Shown here in pieces: positions 45,077-57,450 of a DNA stretch of 64,000 nt. This DNA comes from Ramazzottius varieornatus (taxonomy: Eukaryota; Animalia; Tardigrada), in NCBI GenBank assembly GCA_001949185.1, contig BDGG01000002.1:1571145-1635144 (forward strand), read 5' to 3'. Position numbers and translations under genes: made by a program. Below the pieces are notes generated by a model. That model saw nothing but the letters and a program-made list of their open reading frames with translations. It made no database searches and had not been told where the DNA came from. Within the stretch, counting starts at the first letter, position 1, and every line of letters starts with the position of its first letter.

Positions 45077-46895
45077 ATGGTTGTGAAGCATCTTAGATCG
45101 GACGAGCAGTTTGCACCGGAACTAAGCAATGCTGGGGAAAAGCTGGTTGTTGTGGATTTCTTCGCCGCGTGGTAGGTCCGACAAACAGTACTGTACCTAC
45201 ATTCAGCTCCAGCATGTTCGGACTTTGTCTGTCCGTAGGTGTGGACCATGCAGGATCGTCGCACCGCATTTCGAGGCACTGAGCACGCAGTACACCAACG
45301 TGGTTTTCCTGAAAGTCAACGTGGAAGAAATGACAGTAAAATAATAATATAAAGAAATGACAGTCTAGCATGAACCTGCATACTCTAGTGCCATGAGGTG
45401 TCTTTGCTTTTGTATGTAGGTGCCTGGTCGTGGGTGTGTCTTGCCCGTTGGGCACTTCAGGTTTTCTGCCAAAATGGTTCACTGTGCGAAATTAGTTTTT
45501 TGAGTTCCTTTCTTTGTAGGAGACGACGGCAATATATGGAGTACGTGCCATGCCTACCTTCCTGTTTTTCAAGCAAGGACAGAAGGTTGCTGAAGTTCAA
45601 GGAGCGAGGCTGGACGAGATTGAGTCAAACATCAAGCTGCACTCGCTGTCCCTTTCGGCTGGACAGTCCGTTGGCGATGTCGATCCCTTTACTGGTGCTG
45701 GCCGCTATGTTCCTGGTGGTTGCTCTTCGAACAGTGCCCGCACGACGGGCGGAGTCGATCCGTTTACGGGCTCCAGCAGTTACACCAGCGGAAGTAGCAA
45801 TGCTGCCAAGTCGGCCAACGCGGAACCCGCAAAAGTTCTCAGTACGACCTCTCCTGCGAAGGAGTTTGTTGGATTCCACCTTGGAAACGTCGAGGGAGCT
45901 CTCAGTAAGGTTGGCTGTGTAAGCATTTGTAGTCCCACTACCACTGGTCTGTAATGCTTTTCTGTTATGTTCCGTAGAGAAATTGACGGAGGCCTCCGTC
46001 CCGGACAAAATAATCCAGACGTTCTCTGGTCTGATGCAGAAAGAAATCCCAAGCTCCCTTGAGGTTTCACAACGAGCCCTGGACTCGATAAGGAGCGTTC
46101 TCAAACTCCCCGAAGGTGCCCGTGTAGAGATAGCAGGGCGGAAGCCCTGTATCGAGTTTGCAAACTCCCTTGCTGTTTTGCATAGCTAATGATTTTGTTC
46201 TTTTTTCAGAGAAGCTTTTTCCTGCTTTGGATTTGCTTCGGCTTGCCATTCGACATCCCCGAGTTTGCAAATTCTTCTGCACGGAAGTTGACGACGGCAA
46301 GTTCTTCGCTGAAAAACTACTTTCTTCCATAAGTTCCTCCAGCGCATCTCCTGGCACCACCACCAACAAGCAGCTCAGTTTGAAAGTTCTTAGTAATATC
46401 TTCGTTGCGGGCCAAATTGGCCAAGATTTCATGTTCAGGCACCGGAGAACCGTGCTTGAGGCGGTGTTGAGCACGGCCACCACAAGTATCGTTGACAAGA
46501 CCGCGCCGGGCACGAACCTGTCCGGTGAGACCAAGGCTGTGCCGGCCCCTATCGCTGGCAAACAGGTTCCTTTAGCCCGTGCCACGCTTCTCCTGAACTA
46601 TGCAGTCTTGTACGGCTTGAAGAACAGTGAAATTGATTTGGAAGACTTGATCAACCTGGTGCACATCGTGATCGAGACGGCGAAGAACGGAGATGATGCA
46701 CCGATGGAGGACGAAACTGTCTTCCGGTTGATGGTGGCGCTGGGAACGGTGCTCAAAGCGGACGAGAATGGTATCGTGAAAGATTACGCAGTTACGCTGG
46801 ACTGTGCTGAGATCTTGACAAAGATAACGGACAAGTCAGGCGACGAGAGGGTCAAGTCGACATGGAACTCTTTGAGGACTGATCTGAAAATCTAG
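45077..46895 (+). CDS. Thioredoxin-PUL domain fusion protein (~466 aa)
   Basis: Exons 45077-45171, 45239-45335, 45520-45904, 45978-46115, 46210-46895 (1401 nt). Trx LVVVDFFAAWCGPC..MPTFLFFK; PLAA-type DPFTGAGRYVPG and GVDPFTG; PUL-like LFPALDLLRL, ATLLLNYAV, ETVFRLMVALGT. Confidence 0.88.
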
Positions 46896-47332
46896 ATTTC
46901 AAATTCTGACTCCCGGTCTTTTTCTTTCCGCCTTTCCGCTTGGTTTACATTCACGTTTTATGATGAGATATTGCTGCTTCGGTTTATTTTCTGGTCCTCG
47001 TAGAACTTATGCGTGAATTTAATTTGCGACGCAGCGTTGTCCAGACTTTGAGCAGTTTCTTTCAAAGGGGAAACCCGCACTTCAGGATAAGCCATGCGGA
47101 AAAGTATTCTCATACGGAACGTACGGACAAATGTACCAAACAGGAACGTCAACTGTAAAACTCTTAGAAAAATATGAGATGAACCGTCTTCGTAGGACAA
47201 GAGCGAATAAAATACTTCAGAACCAAGACCCCGCACAAAACCCGACAGAGCCACGAAGAACGGCAAGCTAAAAAATCTATTCGATCGATGTAAGATTATC
47301 CAGTTCGGTAAACAAAGCTCGGTTTCACAGCA

Positions 47333-48646
47333 TCAGCGGAAAGGAGCAGTATGGATGATCTTTTGACACCGATCTATCAAGTCATCCATACAAAAGTGCA
47401 TGGCCCAATATTCTAGATATCGGGCTGACTCCAAGCTGAGCTTCTGCACAGGAAGATCGTACACTGACATGACAATGGATCTCATAGCTTCGCTAGTTAT
47501 CGAAGGTATATCAATTTCCGTCAGTTTCTCTTCATCCTGCAAACAATCTTCGACTATCTGGTAGCCAAAGAGCTGTCGAAAGACAGGGTTACTAGCAAGA
47601 ATGAACTTATGGCCCCACACAGCCGTAGGTGTGGATTTTTCCTTCTCTTTCTTGACTGACTTTGACTGGACCACGAAACGAACATCACACCCACCTGACG
47701 CTCCTCGCAGTGTTCGTTTATACAAGGCAAAAGCTACTCGATGCCAGTAGTGAGGCTTTCGTTCTCGGAGCATCAGGATACGCTTCTTCAGCATGCGCAA
47801 AGTGGCGCTGTGTTGGTTCAGTTCTTGTGAGGCACTGGCTTGGAACAGCGTCATCAGATCTTCAGGCATTTGGCCGTAGCCGTGCATGGCGGGTAGGACA
47901 GGTTCGCCGCCAAGTTCTGGCCATTCTTCCTCTTCCAACTGGAAGTGATGACCGCCAGGAGGAGCAGGTGGGTGAGCGTGATGATGCTGGTTCTGGTGCA
48001 TAGCAAGCCATCCAGCTAGGGCTACAACCAATCAAACAAGCAGTCGATAACGTATACTCCAACGACTGCCCATTGCCCAGTTCAGGCAAATCGGTTCAAC
48101 TGCCCAGTCTATTTATACACTCCTGACGTCATCAGATGCAGGGTAAAACGCAGACGTCATGGGCGCATCTCAACCCCGCACACGTGTTTTACCACCCGGT
48201 CATTCTATCTAATACAGTGTCAAAATGCATCCCTTCCGGTGGTCACGTGGTAGCAGGTTCGCTTGGTTGATGTATTAGAACCACGCGATCGCCGGAAGGA
48301 ATGCATTTTGTACGCTGCCCACGGTTGGAAATGACGGAAAGGCAGACATTACCCAAATTTTACCTGCAAGACCCTGATGATTGTGAGCGACAGGTTGGAT
48401 GTCCCAGATGATTTCGTTGTTGCCCTCTGCTTCGAAGGGAATGACTGCCTGAACAGCAGGGTCTACTGGAACATCGGGAGCTAAGTTGAGCGGAGGTGGA
48501 AGAGCGTGATCAACGACGGCTGCTGCGGCTGCGTCGTGTCCGACAAACAATTCTAACGCGTCGTCAATCTGAGCGTGAAGGGGTCCTCCCCAGACCATCT
48601 GGGATATCATTGCCGAGTGGGATGGAGGTTGGAAGAGAACTGGCAT
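47333..48646 (-). CDS. BTB/POZ-domain protein with low-complexity N-terminus (~323 aa)
   Basis: Exons 48646-48364 and 48021-47333 join in frame. BTB motifs CDVRFVV, HKFILASNPVFRQLF, EIDIPSITSEAMRSIVMSVY, AMHFCMDDLIDRC. Confidence 0.8.
48213..48317. mobile_element. Micro-MITE (8158 family) in the BTB gene intron
   Basis: TACAGTGTCAAAATGCATCCCTTCCGGTGGTCACGTGG...CCACGCGATCGCCGGAAGGAATGCATTTTG. Confidence 0.8.
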
Positions 48647-51222
48647 TGTGGTTGATGTTAGACACGGAGAGGAATGGTGTAGAACAGGATTAACCTTGAA
48701 ATGACCTTGAAACCTCTGACTGGATGTGGCGATCACCTGAAAATAGACACAGAAGCGAAGTAATCCAAACGAAGTACATTTATGCGCGGAAAACTTTCAC
48801 ACATACCTCAATATATGGGTGATGAATACAGGAAAAAATACAACAGGGAGACGCGACTAGGAAGATGAAGATTCGAAGAAGTGACCTTCAATACAACGGG
48901 GTGACCAACCCGGGGCTTCCACTCATCCCTGCAGGGACAGCAGGGACGGGTGTAGGCGCAGTGTCGTTTTTCACCCTGCAGCAGGGCTAAGCTAGCAAGC
49001 CACTCTGAGGTGGGAAACGATATAGCCTATATCACACTTTCTGCTACACTTGATTGACTGATTACTTTTTTTCTTGAGGCCGGTAATTGACACATAAAAC
49101 TGTAAATTTTTCAGGAGTTAGTGCAATTTTTTTCCGTCAACTGACCCGGCAATGACTAAACCACGGGCAGTTTTAACGCAGTAAAACGGAACGCTTTTCG
49201 AACACTATAAAACTAAGGTAAAGTGTTAAAGCACAAAAATAAGTCTATCGTTTCTGGAACGGCAGAAATTTCGATTACTTTCTATCAGAATGACGAAAAT
49301 TTATGAGAACTGCAAAATCTGTTTGTAATGATATAACGAAAAGCCAATCCTCTCTCGCTGTTAACCCTTATCTGTACTGCGTAGTACCTCCCGCTTCGTG
49401 CACAGCCATAGCTTTGTTGCCTTCTGAACCAAATGCGGAAAATAAATTCCTCATTCGCTTTTCCTTTCTTGCTTAGCCATTGTGTTTGAAGCGTTCGAAA
49501 AACTATAGGGAAACTCCAAAAATCTCCATTGGTTTGCGTGGTCGCTGCAGATCGAGGCGAGGTGTGTGGCGCATCGCGAGCCACAATGAGACTTCTAGTT
49601 TCGAAGTTTCGAAGGTCGCTCTATGAAGTCTGAGAAAGTTTTAAAAGTGGTCTGTCGAAAACCGCAGTGATATCCTTAAGACCTGATATTTTGATGAAAA
49701 TGGGAAGTATGCGAACGCAAAACCAGGAAGCGCGTTTTGTAACGCCACTCAGTTGTAGGGAAATATATTGGAGTGCAATAGTTCTGCCATGCCGCGAACT
49801 ATCTCTGAAGCCCCACTGTAGAAATATTATGACTCTGCTTATGGAATCAAACATTCCAATATCAGCGCTGTATCACTGAAACGCTTTGGTAGGTAACTCG
49901 AGTGTGCCATAATTTCTTTTCCGTGAACAAATCACGAAACTTTGGTGGGCCTCCGCACCGGCGGGTCGGGCATCGAAACTGCTTTTCGCGCTAATATCGA
50001 GTCGGAAATTCTGATGCGGTTTGTAAATGGGAGCCGTGGTATTGGCGAAACTTCGCAGAGGATGGCGCCAAGCAGTAGCGGTGTCGTTACGTCTAACAGC
50101 AAACTCGATTTTAATACCACCGTCCATAGCTTTTGAAGTTCCGTGCACCTTTCGGATCATGTTGCATGTTCTGTTTGAGTGGCTTGACTGTATTTCTAAA
50201 GAGAGGGAGGACGGGCCGTAGTTATGGACAGTCATCACTCTATAGGGTACAAATGAGATGGTTAACTGGGCAACCTTCAACTAGACACCAGGAACTTCTA
50301 AGGACTTGTGGTTTCCGGGTCTGATCTCACGAAAACCGGTATTCCTACCCTATCACTTGCTTCCAGCTTTTCCATCCTGCCGTTCGCACCCTGTTCTTCC
50401 AGGGTGGGAAATTCCGCCTCTTGTATGACTGAGCCGTTTAGGGTGGTCGTTTTTCCACCATTTGCGGCCCCAGCCGATTCGTGCCCTAGAGCTCCTCGGA
50501 TAAAGAATTTTCCAGCTTTCCACCCTAGAGAAGAGAGGTGCCTTTGACAAGATGGAAAGGGTGCCACAAGATAATCAAAGATGTCTTAGTAAAACTTTAA
50601 TCTACTCTGCCAAAAAAGAACGAAATGGTGAATCGAACCGCCAACCAGCAGCGCAGTGATGCCCTTAACTCTCTTCTCCGCGCTAAATCGACCATGATGA
50701 AGAAATTCGGATCCGTTTGCGAATGTTGTGGTTATACGTGGAGTGAACTTGGTTGATGAGGCAGGCTGCGAGATTTGCACACAGCAAGGTGAGGATGGAC
50801 ATTCCGCCGGATCTTCTGCCTGGAACGGAATTCGGAAAGGAATTCTTAATTCTCCTATTTTCCGTTTCCTAAAACGGCTGAACCAGAAATCGGAATTCCA
50901 GTACGCCAGTTTAGAAGGGAAAAACACGCGGAAGCTCGGCTTACCCCCGGCTGATATGCTCAGCGAACTCGTTTAAATGTGGCGCACGCTTTCAGCTAGT
51001 TCTACTGGAAGCGTGCACCACTTGGGGTGTGCACCAAAACAATCAAGTCGAGTACCTTGGCCGAGACCACGCACTGTGTGGAACAACCGTAATGCTTCGT
51101 AAACGTCGCGATCAGACGTCAGAGTAAGCATATGCTGTATGCGGCATCATACCTGTAAACTCCACACTCACTGTAACACCAGTTCGCCAAGTACATAGAG
51201 CATTATGGCACGCCAATTATTC

Positions 51223-51752
51223 GCAAAAAGTGGTCCCTGCCGGATGAAAGTCCGACCGTAGCTAAATTGAAGTGCAGTGCCACTCATAAGCGCAGCAGCT
51301 GACCTTTGATTAGAATAATTGGGCAGCCACCGTGCTTCCCAATGCTAGCTAAGCGTAACTCCGATTGCATTTGTTTCGAAAAGAAGGGGAGTTCCGGAAA
51401 GCAAAATGAAGTTACACGTCACAAAAGGGGCGGAGCAAAGCCGTAGCTAGTTGCAAACTGAACCGAACTGGTAGCTTAATATAGAAATTAAGTTGCCACT
51501 CCCGTTCACTGTGCAACTGTAGCTACGGCCTTGCTCCGCCCCTTTCGTAACGTGTAACTACATTTTGCTTTCCGAAGCCCCCCCCCCCTTGTTTTCGAAA
51601 AATAGCGTAATCGGAGTTGCGGTTGGCCAGCATTGGGAAGCATGGTGGCTGCCCAACTATTCAAAGTTCTGATCAGCTGCTGCGCTTATGAGTGACGTTG
51701 CAACTCATCTTAGCTACAGTGGGACTTTCATCTGGTGGTGGCAACTTTATGC
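51223..51752. repeat. About 530-bp foldback palindrome
   Basis: Arms of about 250 bp, e.g. CACTCATAAGCGCAGCAGCTGA / TCAGCTGCTGCGCTTATGAGTG, with a very short central loop near 51480-51486. Confidence 0.9.
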
Positions 51753-52642
51753 CTGCAATCTCTGTACTCTTAACGCTGCATCCCTTAGGCATTAATCCAT
51801 AGGCGGGGTGCTATGATGAATCAAAGCTTGTGCTGATTAAAGTCGGTTTCGCAACAGCGAGGCGAGCACTCTTGAACAAGGAACATTCTGAGCCGCTTCT
51901 CAGATCACTTCCTTTAGATAATTTTGAGTGATCTTCTCAGCGTAGGTACCCATTTCCATGTTTTGAGTGAGAGGATTCGCTCTTGGTCATCGTCCGTTAT
52001 CCCGCTTCCGGGGACATTTTCCGCACGCCACAGCCTGACTCACTGAGTTTGGACTTCGGACTGCTGTACTCATAAGCCAGTCCGACTCACACAGCTGATT
52101 ATACGACATCAACTTTTTGCCTGAAAAATGGTTGTCGCCTCATTATCGTTTGGGTGCTTCTGGTCACAGCATTGCTGTAGCATTTAGTTCCTGTAGGTGA
52201 AGTGGCTTCTAGCTACATTTTAAAACAGCTTAAAGGAGCTGAGATATGTTCATGTTAGCCAACCTAGGAAAAACTGCCATAAACTATTCGACTTCGTCAA
52301 TCAACAAACCACAGTGAACGTACTCAACATGACCTCTGTTGATCTAACAAGGGATTCACTCCGACTCTGAAACCTATATGGTAGAAAGGTAGAGCAGACT
52401 GCTAGGGCGGACAGCATCGGCGGAAGAAATTCCTGGACACCACTGCGAAACAACAGCGGAACAACGGCCATACAATCCTGTCCGTACGACGTAACTATAG
52501 GGTTGTGACGTAATGCACTTTGCTTTGGTTCTTGATTCACACCAAGATGATCAGTTTCCGGCGGGGAAGACGTGTCGCCGCGAGTAAAATGATAGATATA
52601 ATAATAATCTATCATTTTACTATAGATAGATAACATCGACCA

Positions 52643-53245
52643 TCACCTCACGCCGATCTTCGTAGGTAACGCGCGTTTTGTTGCCTGACAGCACTGCGTC
52701 ATCTCTTGATGTATTTTCCGCTGTACCTCCGGGTACTTTGCCAGATAAATCAATGACCATAGCAGAGTAGCGGCAGTCGTCTCGGTTCCACCAGTAAAAT
52801 TCACGGTGGAAAACGTCAGTTGTTCGTGTGTATAAACACGCTGAAGTATAGAACCAAAAATGTAAGTATCGGATACGTATACCGAACTTACCGTCAAATG
52901 TGGTAAGTACGGGGTCTTGCTTGCGTTGTTCGTTCAGGTATGCTGTGATATAATTTTTTCCTTGATCGACTCCCTGCCTTCTAGCAGATGTCTCTTGTGT
53001 TCTTGAATAATGTCTTCGGTATATTGTCTAATCTGCCCGACAGATGTCATCAGGTGATGAAAAATCTTTCTGAACTTCAGCCCTGGAATGGTCTTCAGGA
53101 AAGGAAAGGCTTGAACGGGTAGAAGTTTATCGACCAGAGCCAGGTATTCGGCAAACTTGTTGCAAAGCCAGAGGAAGCTTTATCTGAATGGCTGAACCGC
53201 CGACCAAATATTAGAGCGCAAATGGCATCGGATACAGCCAGTGTC
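52643..53245 (-). pseudogene. Cytochrome P450 (CYP2-clan-like) pseudogene fragment
   Basis: AVSDAICALIFGRRF, IIQEHK, YITAYL and I-helix GGTETTAATLLWSLIYLAKYPEVQRKIHQE. At least two frameshifts (near 53180 and 52955); intron retained; no intact flanking exons found. Confidence 0.8.
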
Positions 53246-55974
53246 ATTTTTCGGCGGGGATCAAACGGTTGACTGTCGAGGATACGAAACTGTTCGACAA
53301 TATCTTAAAAAAAGGAAAAAAGGAGCTATAAACGGTTGCATAGTGAATTCAGACTTTGCTAGAATTCAGAAGTTTCGAACCGTTGACTTTCTCAACAACC
53401 CCTCGTCGTTCCAGGATTCGTCCGAGCAGTGCTTCTCCTTCGGAGTTCGGACCGATCGACTACATTCCCATGGATGACGCGGATGAACACTTTGATGAAA
53501 GTCTCCTGGGCGTTAACTTCGACTTCCCCTACTTTACTGTGCATTGTTTTTCTGACTGCGATTTCGCGTCATCTTCCTTGGCCTGCCAGACCTCTTTTCT
53601 TTACTTTACTTTCTATTTGTGGTATCCAAGTTGTCTCCCAGTTAAGATTTAGTTTCTTGCCCCTTTCCTTTTTCTTCTCCCGTTCGCTGTTTGGTATTGT
53701 CAGGAGCACTGAGAATCGAAAGTATTTGATACTAAAAATCGCTTTCTGGGTTTTGTTAGGGTTTGTGTCCTAGTGAAAACCAGGAAAGATTCGTAACATT
53801 ATCATGTCCCATAGACTTATATTCCCCATAGGTAAGTGAAAGATGGCGTTTTCATGTTATTTGGGTTTCGGGACCATAGCTGAAACCTCAGGGATTTCAG
53901 GAGGTTTCAGCAAAGGTTCTGATGGCCGTGGCATCAGGGTATCGTGCTTTTTAAGACATTTTACGTCACGACTATGGCCCGCCCAACTAGAAAATGCGCA
54001 GAATCACCGGCGCGTACAAGCTGGACTGTTTGCACTGACTTGTCCTGTTAGCTGCAGTGTTGTTGGAACCGAAATCGGAATTCCAAGAAGAAGAAGATGT
54101 TTTAATGTACAATTGAAATCCAAGATGTTGGTGATTCGAATAATAAGTGACACCAAAGAAGCAGGCAAAATGCACGTGGCTATATCACTTTCTCGCCTTG
54201 TAATGATTGAGTGACTAACGGTGCGCTGGTGCACGTACGCAGCAAAATTACAATGCGTACAAAGTGCAAAGTAAAGCTGGAATTCGTCCTTGTATGACGT
54301 ATACGCGACCAGCACCCAGCGGGCCTTGCAAGGGTTGTGTTTCTCCAGTGGGGTTAAGTTTACGCCTATGCGACGCACCGTGGCTCCTTCATGGAGCATA
54401 ACAGTCCGTATTGGCGACAGCCATCCGTACTGGATACCTTGGGAACGACGTATTCTCCGCGAAATACCAGCGGGTCAATCCATCCGACGCGTGGTGCCGA
54501 ACAGAAAGCAGAAATGGTTTTAGCATTTATTATGTGTACAGAGTTTTGATGGAATCAAGGGGCTAACTAACGTTGCGGTCGAATTCCTGACAGCTAGTTG
54601 CTCAACCACATGTCTGGCACTGTGCGCGCGCGGTTTATTAGTGATGTCAGAATGCATGGCTACGATGAAGAAAGTATTGCCTGGCCGTTGATCATGTAGT
54701 GCCGCTTGCCACTGCCTAGTTCACTGAGACACGCGATCACCGACACAGGTTTCAGATACCATCGCCAAACGATCAAACTGCCTGCTTTGACTAGTCGCTA
54801 AGGTGAGACAGCTTTACTGCAGCAAGCATGAAGAAGCATCTTTCGGTGGCTCGGAAGACGCAGGCCACCGACATGGACCCTGTAGCTATACGGTGCGGCT
54901 TATCCAGAGCACATCGCTGCAACGTCATTCTAATTTAAGTGTGGTGTCGTACAGCGGTGAATAATCGGAGCCAATTGTGCACTTGCGCTAGTCAAATGCC
55001 AGGTATCCAAGTTTAATGTGGGTAAGTTAACTTTTGGCAGGGCATACTGGCGTGTCAACAAGGCCTGCAAGTTTCCGTTCGGGGTTTAACTCGATCTCAT
55101 GTGGCCTGGGGTCTTATTTGCCCTCAGTCATTTAGTGAAAAATTCTAAAAATACCGCAACTAATATCCAATCTGCGCAATCGACACAGCCTATTCCGTGC
55201 GGGACTTCCATTGCACTTACGTAACAAACAGGGATTTTTCCAAGAGTTTGTTGAGCATCTGGGAAATCAAGATGTCTTATTGATATGGTGCAGATATGTC
55301 GGTGAACAGTGCTGACGACAAGCGCTTATCAGAAAATACAGAGGACTAAACCTACGCTGGTATGAAAGGCTGTAACAGTTGGGTAATCGCTTTTATACAG
55401 TAGCAAGCTTGACCAACAGAAGAGCAAACCAGTCAAGCTTTTGAACTCTAGTGTGCGGGTGGCCCAGTCTGAGCGCCGAATTTTTGCTTCTTTTGAGCCA
55501 TCAAGGAAGGCTACGCTTTTATGCCTTTAAAGCCTAAATTTGCGAACATCGCAGATGCGTTATGGTGGTTACTGATACAGTCCATTCGCTCGAAATCCGT
55601 ACACAATTCTTCCATTTCAACTGGGCAAAATCACCGTAAACACAGGAGGGCTCGCCATGAATCTCTTTGGATTATTTGGCCTTTCGAATCGTAAAGCTGG
55701 CGCGTTTCAGATGGTGGAAAACAAGTAGTTGATTTCTGACAAAATTCATTGTTTGTAAACTACCGACGTCACTTTCTTTGGTTTTCGGCAAGCTGTACGG
55801 ATGGCGTTTGACTGGTGGCAAGTAGAATTGGAAGAATGGTGTACGGATCTCGAAAGAGGGGACTCTAATGATTAACAACGATGGCCAGCGTATCATTTCT
55901 ATCCCCGCTCAAGTCACCTTCATATTTTCCGTGAGGTGGTTCAGCTCATTGACACTCATCGAGGCCGGAAAAAA

Positions 55975-57450
55975 TCAATGCCGTCGAACAGCGAATGCGC
56001 AAAGCAGTGTTGTTCCGATCATTACAATTCATAATTAAAAATGGCGAAAAACGACCGTTTCGGAATTCCAATATGACAATTGAAATTGCAAGTCCCAGGC
56101 TGGACAATTCCACTAATCAATTAAAATCGAATTAGAATTTAGAAAAGGGTGTGACTATTGCCAACGCCCGAACCGCCTAATCGCTATTGCCACTGCCTCG
56201 GACCGCCTAAAAGTCTATCGACACAGCCTTTGATTATTATTAATTTAATTGCTTCGAAACCGTCTTCTTGAAAAATTTGTGTACCGCCTTAAGGAATATT
56301 TTGAAAATTCTGAAAACTGCTAGCATAGAAACTAAAGCTAACTTCTGCTGTACCAACTGCAAGTCTGCCATAAACATGTGTCGAATAAGACAGATGCTGT
56401 AATACTTTTGTCTTACCACGAGCTCTGAGAAAAGAGCTGTGATGGTCTTACTAACAGAAAACCCGACATAGTCATCACTGTAGACCAGTCCGTAGCAATA
56501 CGCAACCGTCTTGGCAGCATGCCTAATCGGCCAATTCATGGCTGGAAAGGCTGATCTAATGTTTCTCTGTTGCTACATTTTTCGTGTTCTTCCCCTTGTC
56601 AAATTTTGAGAACGTTTACAAAAGGCGGCCGCGTTAGATTTAAGGCGGTGTGGAATTAACTGGTTAAATTTCGAAAAAAGGCGGTGTCATTAGCGTTTTA
56701 GGCGGTTCGAGGCGTGTCAGTAGCGATCAGGCGGCTTTAGCGGTGACTATAGCCATTTCCTTGAGAAAATATAAGAAATTATAATAAATAATTGAAATGC
56801 AAAATCCGACAATTGAAATTACTGAACTTGCGCCAACAGTGTAGCGAAACGCACGTGGGTGAATTAAGTTACGAGATTTTCACGTGTTTTGCTTGATTGG
56901 GCGAACGTGTATGCGCATGTGTATGTCGCACAAGGGAGCAAGGTGCTTACTGCTTCAATACTCGATGCTTACTGGGTTGCTTCGTGAGCCACGCGCGCTG
57001 CATCAGCGCACGCGCGAATTTGAAGCCCGGTTGCGACATTTCTTCCTACCAACCCCTAAGGGCTGCTTCGCGAATTGGATGAAGTACGCGCAAAGGTTCA
57101 GGGGGTATAACAGTACCTGATCAATCAGCGAGTCAGTATTCGATGCGTCGAGCACAACGTGCTTCGTGCCAAACATCTGACGGGCATGCCACGCGCATGG
57201 AAAGAGAGACGTAAGCTGCTCAAACACAATTATACGAATATCCGAATTTCAAAAATGAACCACAACAATTGAAATAACTACAATTACTGTCGCGAGCTGA
57301 ATTTCGGTTAATTCTAATTGCTGATTCAGCTGAGCTGCATGTCAGATAATTGAAATTGCTGCCGACCGGGGTATTCCGATAAATTGTAATCAAAATTAAA
57401 ATGCAAAAAGTCATATTGGAACAACACTGGCGCAAAGCCGGCATTGATGA
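55975..57450. repeat. Nested inverted-repeat elements
   Basis: Inner element about 56150-56755 has TIRs built of CCGCCT(A/G)A sub-repeats. Outer arms TCAATGCCG..CAGTGTTGTTCC / GGAACAACACTG..CGGCATTGA carry repeated AATTGAAAT. Confidence 0.6.

Noticed and set aside
14533-46895. A stress-tolerance cluster (FAN1, GILT, CAHS, Trx-PUL)
   Set aside because: The genes are interspersed with housekeeping genes and show no visible shared regulation; proximity is expected in a compact genome.
10102-48646. Kelch-only and BTB-only genes as a split KLHL/Keap1 system
   Set aside because: They are 36 kb apart on opposite strands with no BACK domain or other link; both domains are common on their own.
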